Below are positions 39,394 through 52,088 of a DNA stretch of 64,000 bases, piece after piece. The position numbers and the translations under genes were made by a program. The notes below the pieces were generated by a model. The model was not told where the DNA came from and ran no database searches. It was given only the letters and a program-made list of their open reading frames with translations. Each line of letters begins with the position of its first letter. The stretch's first letter is position 1. The stretch covers positions 192,076,001 through 192,140,000 of the forward strand of contig NC_042997.1 in assembly GCF_006345805.1 (NCBI RefSeq), in the 5' to 3' direction. The stretch is from Octopus sinensis (taxonomy: Eukaryota).

Positions 39394-42300
39394 TTTCTTC
39401 ACCCATTTCCTTCCGGTCTTTCAAAATGTGACCGTGTGTGTACTGTTGGCGATTTTTTTCCCTCTGTCTTCCCTTCTCTGGATCTTTCCTTCTCCTATGT
39501 TTCCGACGAAGAGCTCCGCTCGAAACATTAAACCCTCCTTCTTTCCTGAGCGTCCAATAATACTATATTTGTTCCACGTCCTCGCGTTGTTGTATTTTTT
39601 TGTACTTTCTTGTTTGGATTAATTATATATATATGTATATATATTCGTTTGTACATGACTGCAACGCTTTGGTCCACCAGTTCAACTTTGAACCAAGACC
39701 CCGCCGAGCCAACCTCACTTGGGCCGAATCCATTGCCCTTCGCCACCTCCGCCGACGTAATGACATCGTCATCAAACCGGCGGACAAAGGCGGGGCAGTG
39801 GTAGTGTGGCGCACGGACCTATACAGGGAGGAAGCGCTCAACCAGCTTCAAAATCCCCTCTTCTATCGCCTCCTCCCCTCCGATCCCACCTCCTCCTACC
39901 AACAGCGAGTGTCCTCCACCATCCGCGACCTCATCTCCTCCTCCGCTCTCCCCCCACCGCCACCAACCTCATCGTCCGCACACCCCGCACCTCCACCATC
40001 TACTTCCTTCCCAAGATCCATAAACCCTCTAATCCTGGCCGTCCCATAGTCTCTGCCTGTAATTGCCCCACTGAACTCATTTCCCTATACCTCGACCGCA
40101 TCCTGTCCCCCCTTAGTCGCAGCCCTCCCATCCCACATACACGACATCAACCACGCCCTCTGTCTCTTCAATTCCTTTTCCTTCCCTTCCAGCCCCTCAC
40201 ACCTCCTCTTCACATTAGATGTAAAATCCCTGTACACAGTGATTCCCCACAATGACGGTCTCCTAGCCCTCCAACACTTCCTCGACCGTCGTCCCGACCC
40301 CACCCCTAGCACCCCCACCCTTCTCCGCCTGGCTGAGCTCGTCCTCACCCTCAATTGCTTCACGTTCGCCGTGGAAATGTACCAACAGGTGTCCGGGGTC
40401 GCGATGGGAACTAGGATGGGCCCCAATTTCGCCAATCTCTTTCTTGGCTACATTGAGGCCCAAGTATTCTCCCAGTTCTCTGGGCCGACCCCCGAACTAT
40501 ACGGTCGCTATATCGACGACTGCATGGGTGCCACCTCCCTTTCCCGTGAACTTCTCTGCCAATTCATCTCTTTCCTTTCCAACTTTCACCCCTCTCTTCA
40601 ATTCACCTCCACCATCTCCAACACCTCTGTCAACTTCCTTGACATCTCTCTCCGCATCGATCACCCCTCCAACTCTCTCACCACCACCGCCTTCTTTAAA
40701 CCTACGGATTCCCACCTCTATCTCAACTTCTCTTCCTCCCACCCCTTCCACACCAAACCAGCCATCCCCTACTCCCAGTTCCTCCGCCTCCGACGTTTGT
40801 GCAGCCGCGACCAGGATTTCGAGACCCAATCTCTATACCTGGCCCGCCTGTTCAGACTCCGAGGGTACCCACCCATACTCCTCTCTGATGCCCTCACCCG
40901 CGCCCATCGCATCGACCGCACCACCGCCCTGTCTCCTTCCCCCCGCCCACCCCCCAACCAAACCCCCTTTCCCCTCCTTTTCCACCCCCTACCCTACCCC
41001 TTCGTCGCAAGATACTACGTGCCTTCCGTCGCCTCCAGTTTGATCCCACCACCCGCCCCATTTTCCCTAACCCACCCCTGTCCTCCTTCAAACGAGCCCA
41101 CAATCTGCGTGACCTCCTGGTCCACAGCACCCTCTCTCCTTCCCCCTCAGCCCCACACGGATCATTCCCTTGCTCTAGATCCCACTGCAACACTTGCCCC
41201 TTCATCACCAACACCACCGCTGTCACCGGCTCCAACCGGCATACTGTACGCATTAGGCACTCTTTTACGTGCACCTCGTCTGGCCTTATTTACTGCATTA
41301 AATGCAACCTATGCGGGATGCTGTATGTAGGACAGACGGGACGCCGGTTGTCCGACCGATTCACAGAACATTTGAGGGACGTTCGCCTACACTCTTTTTC
41401 TCCCATCGCACGCCACTTCCGCTCGGCCGGCCATTCCCTAGATGACATCTCAGTGTTTGGTCTCGCCCCCCACAATGGTCGCCCACTTTCCAGGCTCCAC
41501 TTAGAGCAACGCTACATCTTCACCCTACAAACTACTACCCCACACGGACTTAACACAGCCCCCTCCTCTTGAGGTCCTCTTCTTCTTCCTTTTTTTTTTT
41601 TTCAGATACACCCCCCCACACACACCTACCTACCTCCCACATGCCTGTTCACACACACACATACGTATACACATCTACGTACATACATTCACACATTTAA
41701 TCACACACACTTATAGACACATGCACACACTAACATACAAACCAACATGCACATACATACACACATACATACATACACACACACATACATACTTACACAC
41801 AGACATACATACACACATACGCACACTCATACACACACACTCATACACACATCGCACATACATACTTCACACACACACATGCACACATACATGTAGGCAC
41901 ACACACATACATACATACATACCCACACATGCACACCTTTACACGAATGCACACACACATACACCTATTTGCATCCAGGCAGCCCCCCCCCTTTCTGCTT
42001 TCCGGTTTTGGCTGATGGATCCTCGGTTCCCGCTTAGCCTTTGCGCTCGCGCGCCTTGGCGCGTGCTGGGGGCTTGGTCGGCCCCATGGGCTTGCGTTGT
42101 ATTGTTTGTGTGTTGTGTGCGTGAGCGTGCTTCGTGTGTGTGGGCTTGCTTCGGGTGTGTGCGTGCGTATGTATACATACCCACACACACGCATGCATCC
42201 CTACCCACATACATACACGCACACCTACTCACACACACACATACACACACACACACACACATACCCGCACACACACCTGCACACACACACATACATACAT

Positions 42301-44221
42301 ACACACACATACCTACTTCAGACATACACACACACAGACATACACCCATACACTCACACTCACACACATACACACGCACACGTACACATACACACACACA
42401 CACCTACACAGCCATACCCTCACTCAGACACACACACCTACCTACACACACACACAAACACACACAGACACACACACATACTTACACACACACTCGCCTG
42501 CACGCGCACACACATGCATGACAAACACCCATACACTCACAATCACATACGCACACACCAACATAAACACGCACACGCACACATACACACCCACACACAT
42601 ACATACGCACCTACATACACACACGCACGCATACACACGCACACACACGCATACACACATACATTACACACGTACATAAACACCTTCATACACATGCATA
42701 CACACACACACACAAACATGCACGGACACACCCAGACATACATACATACACCTATACACACACGCCCACACACCTACATACACACACATACACGGACACA
42801 CCCATACATACTTACATACATACACCTATACACACACGCATACACACCTACATACACACACATGCATACACACACACACATGTACGCACATACACACACA
42901 TACGCACATACATATATACCCACACACATGCACACACACACATACGCACATGCATGCATGCACACGCGCACACCTACACGCATACATGCATATACACACA
43001 CACGCACGTACACATACATACATACACATACATACACCCATACACATACATGCATCCTACACACACATACATACACACTCACACATACATACACACACAC
43101 ACACTCACTCACACACCTGCATGTACGCGCACACATGCACATACACACACTTCCACACACACACACGTACATACATACACACTCATACACATACACACAC
43201 ACACACGGACATACATCTATGCACACATATATACACACACATACATACATTCATCGGACACACTGACACCCAGACATACACACAGGCACACTCACATCCA
43301 CACATACACATACTTACACACACACTCGCAGGCGCGCGCACACACGCGTTTGCGCCGGCTTGCGCACGTATACGCGCATGCATGCACCTCGCTCTTGGAC
43401 CCGACTAGATCTCCGGCTCGTTTCTGGGGCCGTCGCCTGTCGTTGGGTTCTCCCACGCCCGTCTCCGCGGGACCACTCTTCCATCTTCCCCTCAGCTGGA
43501 GTCCTTTTTCCTTATAAACCCCCCCCTTTTTGTACACACACGCGCACACATACATACACCCACTCACACACACATTTGCTTAAATATATACATTACTCTT
43601 ACACACACTTCAAATCTACTCGCCATACATACAACTACGACACTGGACACACACACGCTACCACTCAACACACACACACTGGCACGTTACATACGCCCCC
43701 ACCCCTTCCCCTCCCTCCCTTCCTCCTTCCTTCATTTTTTTACTACTGACCACTGTCTGCTATGCCTACTACTGTTTCGCCCTACCTCACACGCCTACAC
43801 ACAGACGCACACACTAACATATATATATATTTTTTGTTTTTTTATCTCGCCTCACACACACATACACACACGCACACGCACACACTCACACATACACACA
43901 CATCTGTTGCGTTACCAACCCTGTCTCCACTCTTTTGGCTTTAAAAACCTACTTTGCTCTTGTTATCGTAAAATTCCGCCTTTCACCATGTGTACTTCGT
44001 AAACACCAGTCGCTTTTTTTTTTCTCCCTTTTTTTTCTCCCTCTGTTTGCCCACCTCGGGATCTTTCTTTCCTCTCTCTTCCATCTTTATGTTTCCGACG
44101 AAGAGCTCCGCTCGAAACGTCATACCTTCCTGCTTCCATCTTTCCTGAGCGCCTATTAATAATAATACTGTAATTGTTCCACGTGTTGTTGTTTTTTCTG
44201 TTTTCCCGTTTGGATTAAAAT

Positions 44222-44257
<36 letters not shown>

Positions 44258-44962
44258 ACGTAACTGGTACCCATGCTGGTGGGACGTGAAGAACATCTTT
44301 TGAGTGTTGGGCCTCATGGAAACAATGACTGAGACCTTTGGCATTTTGTTGTGCTTGAGAAGAAGACCCATCAAGCCAAGCAAAATCACAGTCGTGGCAG
44401 ATACCAGTGTCACGTGAATGGCACTCTCGGAGTGGTTGGCATTAGAAAAAGCATCCAGCTGTAGAAAACCATGCCAATTCAGACTGGAGCCTGGTGCAGC
44501 CTTCCAGCTTGGCAGCCCCCGTCAAACTGTCCAATCCATGCCATCATGGACAATGGACATTAAGTGATGATGATATATAGAACAACTTGTTCCATTCTGT
44601 ATGTATATATGCATTGCAAATATTGTACACATTGTTTTATGCCTGAGTGGGCGTGTCTGTATATATAATTTAATTTGCTATGTAAAAAAAATGTTTATTT
44701 TTTCACATTATCTTGGGCAAGGCTTATGAGTGAATTTGGTAGATGAAAACTGAAGAATGCTTTCGTATGTCATCATCATCATCATCATGTGTGTAGATAT
44801 AAATATGGTCATGCATTTTTTGGCGTTAGGAAGGCATCCAGCTGTAGAAACTCTGCCAGATCGGATTGGAGCCTGGTGCAGCCATGTGGCTCACCAGCCT
44901 CCAGTCAAACCGTCCAAACCATGCCAGCATGGAAAGCGGATGTTAAACGATGATGATGATGA

Positions 44963-45012
<50 letters not shown>

Positions 45013-47735
45013 ACCTTCTCTAGACATCACATGATAATTGTAAATAAGTATCACTATCATACAAATGATGCTATTTGTTTCCAGTTTTCTGTGAAAAGCA
45101 TGTTTAGCCATGGGAAAATATTACCTTGCTTTGAAACAGGTGAGGGTTGGTGACAGGAAAGGCATTCAGCTGCAGGAAATCTGCCTCAACAAATTCTCCC
45201 TAGCACATGCAGGCATGGAAAAGTAGACGTTTGAATGATGATGATGAAATTCATATGTGCTGTTGAAACATCATTAAATCAAAATAACCATGCACATAAC
45301 ATTTACAATGTATATACAGAGAACAACAAGACTATAGCTAGTACTATTTTGTATTTGTACATACATTATAAATATTGTGCACATCATTATGTATCTATGT
45401 GTATGTCTTTTGCCTTTTATATTTTTAAGTTGTTTTAGTCATTAGACTGTGGCCGTGCTCTGTCACCTTGTTGAAGAATTTTAGTTGAATGAATCAACCG
45501 CTGCTCTTAATTTCTTTTAAGCCCAGTACTTACTGTATTGAAGTGGAGGCACATAGCCTAGTGGTTAGAGCAGTGGACTCACGGTCGAGGGATCGCGGGT
45601 TCGAATCTCAGACCGGGTGATGTGTGTGTTTATGAGCGAAACACCTAAGTTCCACGCGGCTCCGGCAGAAAGTAATGGCGAACTTCTGCTGACTCTTTTG
45701 CCACAACTTTCTCTCACTCTTTCCTCCTGCATCTTGCAGCTCACCTGTGATGGACCGGCGTCCCGTCCAGGTGGGGAACTTATATGCCAAGGAAACCGGG
45801 AAACTGTCCCTAATGAGCCAGGCATGGCTCGAGAAGGAACTAACTTATTCTATTGATATCTTTGCTGAACCGCTACTGGATGTAAACACACTAACACTGG
45901 TTGTCAAGTGATGGTAGGGGACAAACACAGATACAAAAACACACACATGACGAGCTTTCAGTTTCTGTCTACCAAATCCACTCACAAGGCTTTGGTTGGT
46001 CTGAGGCTATAGTAGAAGACACTTGCCCATGGTGCCATGCTGTGGGACTGAACCCGGAACCATGTAGCTGGGAAGCGAACATCTTACCACACAGTCATGT
46101 CTGCACCTGTGTAATTTATTTAACTGCTTTGTGAGGAAAGTTTTTCTTCTTATATAATAAAATTATTTTGGAAGGGTTTTTCTATAAGAATTTCTCTTTT
46201 CTAGGGTCGTCTGATAGATCTTGTGAAGAAAAAAGCCACTAATTTACGGCGAGTAACATACTTGGTATTTGATGAGGCAGACAGAATGTTTGATATGGGT
46301 TTTGGTAAGTGTATTTTTATCATTATTGTTATTAATTCAGGCAGTGAGCTGGCAGAATCATTAGCATGGTGGGCAAAATTCTTAGTGGCATTTTGTCCAT
46401 CTTCACATTATGAGTTCAAATTCTGCCAAGTTTGACTTTGTCGTTTATCCCTTCGGGGTTAGTAAATTATTTACCAGCTGAACACTTTTGTCGATGTAAT
46501 TGACTTACCCCGTCCCCTGAAATTGCTGGCTTTGTGCCAAAATTTGAAATCATTACCTCCACCTTAGCGAAGGTGGAGGTATTATTTTCAGTGGTGTTTG
46601 TTTGTTTGTCTCTGGACAAGATATCCCAAGAACTGCTGGATAGATTCAAATGAAATTTTCTGGGATGTTTGGCCCCATGACAGGCACGAACTGATCAGAT
46701 TTTGGAATTGATCCGGTACTGGACAAGGATTCTGGATTATTTTTCCTGATTTTTTTTTTTACTTAATTTTTGAGAGCAGTCAGGTTCATTTTTAGTACTC
46801 TCATTTGTGAGAGCAATTGAGTTTATTTCAGATATTCTCATTTTAAAAATTATCTTCAGCTAATCATTGAGAGGATGTCGGTGTTGCCTTGCCTGAGGTT
46901 TGCCCTCTCTGAGTGCTCCTGTTATTATTGTTATTATTAAGGTGATGAGCTGGCAGAATTGTTAGCTTATAAGGAAAAATGCTTAGTAGCATTTCTTCTT
47001 GCTTTTTACACGGAGTTCAAATTCCACTGAGGTTGACCTAGCCTTTTATCCTTTCGGGATTGATAAAATAAAGTACAAGGTGGGTGCTGCAGTTGATGTA
47101 ATTGACCACAAATCTCAGGCCTTGCACCTATAGTAGAAAGGATTATTATTGCTATTATTATTATTATTATTATTGAGTGAGAGAGCAGTACATGCCATCA
47201 AAGTGATCCTGGGGTAAAGTATACGAAGCCCAGTATACCCATCATGACTACCTGTCTGATAAGGGTACACTAGGCACATGCATCAATACCATATGTGTGC
47301 GAAATGGTGATCTCATATCAAGATAAACAGCACATGACCTTGCAGGTGGGGCCCAGTTAGAATTTTCTTCTGGTTGAGTAACTCATCCCACTCAAAAGGT
47401 CCCTGAATAAGGGTTGTTTAAGGATGTTGAACGAAACACCCATGTTTCCAGAGGTGAATTATTCAAACCCCAAAGAATCCCTCTCAACACATGGCTATGA
47501 TGCTCCCCCACTACTTCTGCTCGTGATCAGAGATGCATATATTATCACCCACTAAGGGACATGCTCAACTGGTTATGGTCAAACAACTGACAAGCAAATC
47601 TGTGGTAGTGAGCAGAATATTTGCAGTAGCCCATCTTTTATACCAAGGCAAAACAATGTACATGATAACACTTTCAATCAGTTAAGATCAGGAGCCATGA
47701 GAGCCACTGTCTGGTACTGCATCAGGGCATCTATT

Positions 47736-47766
<31 letters not shown>

Positions 47767-50700
47767 TTTGTTTGTTAGACAGCAAGCTGGTAGAATCATT
47801 AGAGCTTCAGGCAGAATGTCTTGTGTATCTCTTCTGACTCTTTATGCTCTGGGTTCAATTCACATTTGAGTCAACTTTGTGTTGCATCCATTCGGAGTTG
47901 ATAAAATAAAGTATTAGTCAAATACTAGCAGTCAATGATTTTGATTAATCCTCTCTGCTCAAAATTACTGGTTTGGTGTCTAAATTAGAAATGATTATTA
48001 TTGTCATTAGTATTTTCAAATTAAAACATTTTTTTTTCCCTCTAAATTTCAGAATCCCAAGTGCGGTCGATAGCTAATCATGTTCGACCAGACCGTCAAA
48101 GTAAGTTTTTGAATTCTACTTTACACAGTGAAGAAATGGGGAAGGGCTTACAGGAGGTACTTCTTAGAGAAGCAAGCTCTTCTCTTCTCTTTTTCTCTCT
48201 CAATTTGTTTAGTAACTTCACTAAATCGGAATCGAAATCGCTCAAAAATCAATGGGAATTGTAGTTATGATACCAGTGCCGGTGGCACGTAAAAGAACCA
48301 CCCGAACGTGGCTGTTGCCAGCGCTGCCCCGACTGGTCTCCGTGCCGGTGGCACGTAAAAAGCACCAACTGATCGTGGCCGTTGCCAGCCTCGCCTAGCA
48401 CCGTGCCGGTGGCACGTAAAAGGCACCCACTACACTCACAGAGTGGTTGGCGTTAGGAAGGGCATCCAGCTGTAGAAACACTGCCAGATCAGACTGGGAC
48501 TGGTGCAGCCTCCTGGCTTCCCAGACCCCAGTCGAACCGTCCAATCCATGCTAGCATGGAAAGCGGATGTTAAACGACGACGATGATGATGACTTAATAG
48601 AAGAACATTTGTTGTTCAGTTGATACTTCCATTGTGTGAGAAGCGTGTCTTGAGTTACAAGTGCTGGGTATGGGGAAATGAATGTGGGGAAGCAGATGAA
48701 ACTGGAAGAAATCGAAGTGAGTCTCTTCAGTGGACAAGTGTAGAATTGCCAAGAGAGAGGAAGATGTTGTCATCATAATCATCATTTAACGTCCATTTTC
48801 CATGCTGGCATGGGTTGGACATTTTGATGGGAGCTAGCAAGTTGGAGAACTGCACCAGGGCCCAGTCTTCTGTTTTGGTATGGTTTCTATGGCTGGATGC
48901 CCTTCCTAATGCCAACCACTTTACAATGTACTGGATGCTTTTTATGTGATGCCAGCACGGGTACTTTTTATGTGGTGCCGATATGAGTGCTTGAAACAAT
49001 GACTTGCAGAGAATGATGAGAATAGAGCTAGTGTTGGATGTTGTGGAAAGAAATGGGACGAACAAGCTGGATGATTTATTTGCTGAGGAAGAATGAAAGT
49101 GATTGGGTCAAATGGAAATGAATGAATGTAGTGGGGAAAAAGCTGAGAAAGACTGGGCTAACAATGATGGAGTTGGAAGTATGGGCAAAGGGTTACTGAG
49201 GGAGCATATAGGGGAAAGTGTAAAACAAAGAAGGCTGCAACCCTAGCCTCTGCTATAGCAGTGAAAAATGTCTTTCACACTCTTAACCACTATGCCATAT
49301 GCCCGTGGGCATATGGCATAGAATACATGTGTACATGCATATGGAGTAGGGGATATGAGGTGTAGTGTTGGTGAATTTCAGGAAGCATGGAAGTTTTAAA
49401 GGATGCAGTGTCTCGGCAACTAACAACTGATGCAAGTAGTTTGTTCCATGCTTCAGCAACTCTGAGTATGAAAAAAAATGTTTCCGAAAGTCATGGGAGT
49501 TGAGCTGTTTTCTGACTTTGTAGGCATGCTCACATGTGTTAGACACATGGAGCTCAAAAAGGTGCTCAAGGTGGTTGTTGGTGCAATGGTTAATGATTTT
49601 CTGGGTGCTTACTAAGTCAGTTGCCAGACGTCAGAGCTTCACTGTATCTTGGCCCAAGGATGCCTGATGTAGGGTATTAGCTTGGTTGCACATCTCCGAA
49701 TAGTTTCCAGGAGGTCAATGCCCTGAACAAAGTTCCAGGCTAGCTTTTTACATATCAGTTCTAACTCACAACCATAGCTTTTACTTCCTTCCATGACCTC
49801 CTGTTAAAGCTGTTGAAGCATAACTAACCCCAGCCTTTGCAAAGTTAATCCAGAATGCTTGTTTTATTATATTTTTTTGTTTACTTTCAGCTTTGTTGTT
49901 CAGTGCAACCTTTCGGAAGAAGGTTGAACGTCTGGCAAGAGATATTTTGACTGATCCGATACGTGTGATTCAAGGAGAGTTAGGGGAGGTACGTTGTCTT
50001 TATTTTTAATAATTTTGGCAAAGTTTAAGGAGCTTGAATTACTGCTTGTTGCTTGAAATTACTGCTAAAGATATTTCAAATGCTGCCAGTGGCTCAGTCC
50101 ACTTTGCTATAAATAATGGGATTGAGGAAGTAACACGAAGCCACTTTTGTGGATATCATTCTTTGAATCAGTTAAATAAAGAAGTCTTTTATGTTGCGAT
50201 CCAAAGAGGTTAAAGACCCCTTTGATTCCTATTTTACTCGGGTGGACCCTATTAGCCACTTGATGTTTAAAATGATCCCATTATACTTTTTATAAGTAGA
50301 TATAAGGAATTATATAAAAAAAGTCTTTTTTAATATTTTGTGTATTGTAGTCGTATTAGCAATCTATTGCACAGAAAATTTAACAGAATCTTGTATGGAG
50401 CCCCAAAGGGTCACGTGAGCCCCCAAAGGATCACATGGATCCCAGTTAAGAACCACTAAGTAAAGAGAAGCCACTTTAATGTGTATCATTCTTTGAATGA
50501 AAATAAAAGAAGTCTTCTGTATTGCCTCAGTGATCTCAAAAGGTTTTAGACATAAAACATTAAATATTAACAGTCTTAGTTTAAGAAAGTCTATGGAGAG
50601 CTGAACAACAGAAGGTTTTCAGAGAAGCCTCCCTTCATGCAAGTGTTTCAACCCTGAACTCCTTACACTCTAAGAGGAGCAGGTTGCATCCAGGTCTTGA

Positions 50701-52033
50701 CTCCTGGATAGTCTTCTACTGCCACATTCTGTGCTACTATTTGTATCTCAGTCTTCCTGGATGGTTAAGTTTACCCAGAACCAAGGTACCTTGTGTATTG
50801 TAACCAGTTCAGTCTAAGACACCTGTTAACTGTTGGTTCCATCCTTCCATGACCAAATCCAGTTGGAGCTCTTCTCAGCTGCTTCTTTCAGTGCCGTAAG
50901 AGCTCATTGTTGTCTATAAAATGAATCAAAGTTAAGATATTTATTGAGGTGATAATTCAGTAGATATTTGGAACTTAGTTTGAAAGAGGAAATGCATGAG
51001 CCACTTGTGCATTAGATGTAAGCATGTTTGTCATGTAATCAAAATGTGCACAGTTCAAATTCTGTTACTGGGTTCTTTTTAATTTTTTAATCTCAGATTG
51101 TTCTTTTCCACAAATCTATCATGTTGGGTATTAAAATTTATTTGTATATATTTATATAAATCTTTCATATATATATATATAATAGTAATATTAGGGAATA
51201 TTATTCCAAACTTACAGGGAAAAATTCAATTTAGAAATACTAAATCAAATTTCACAAAATATAATATATATATATATATATCATCATCATCATCATCATT
51301 TAACGTCCGTTCTCCATGCTAGCATGGGTTGGACGGTTCGACCGGGGATCTGGGAAGCCAGAAGGCTGCACCAGGCTCCGGTCTTATCTGGCAATGTTTC
51401 TACAGCTGGATGCCCTTCCTAATGCCAACCACTCCGTGAGTGTAGTGGGTGCTTTTTACGTGCCACCTGCACTGGTGCCAGGCGAGGCTGGCATTGGCCA
51501 CGGTCGGATTGGTGCATTTTACGTGCCACCTGCACGGAAGCCAGTCGAGGCGGCAATATATATATAAATCGGAATCGATTTATATATAAATCGGAATCGA
51601 AATTGAACCAATCCTATGACTGGCACCCCAGCAGATGCCAGGACCCCTGGACTGGAGATATGTAAAAAGCACTATCCGAATTGTGGCCGATGCCAGCCCT
51701 GCCTCGACTGGCTTCCGTGTCGGTGGCACGTAAAAAGCAGCATCTGAATCGTGGCCGAAGCCAGTGCCGCCTTGACTGGCTTCCGTGCAGGTGGCACGTA
51801 AAATGCACCAATCCGACCGTGGCCGATGCCAGCCTCGCCTAGCACCAGTGCAGGTGGCACGTAGAAAGCACCCACTACACTCACGGAGTGGTTGGCGTTA
51901 GGAAAGGCATCCAGCTGTAGAAACATTGCCAGATAAAACCGGAGCCTGGTGCAGCCTTCTGGCTTCCCAGATCCCCGGTCGAACCGTCCAACCCATGTTA
52001 GCATGGGGAACGGACGTTAAACGATGATGATGA

Positions 52034-52088
<55 letters not shown>

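Larger units (their letters stand above)
39395..44230 (+). mobile_element. Penelope-like element (RT + GIY-YIG endonuclease) with terminal direct repeats (pLTRs)
   Basis: PLE RT motifs [53 protein letters not shown]-terminal [26 protein letters not shown]. Similar repeats at about 39395-39630 and 43940-44230. Confidence 0.93.

Noticed and set aside
45545-45620. tRNA-like sequences (also 26755-26830, 56805-56870, 59760-59830)
   Set aside because: They have A/B boxes but continue into SINE bodies without a complete cloverleaf, so they are SINE heads rather than tRNA genes.
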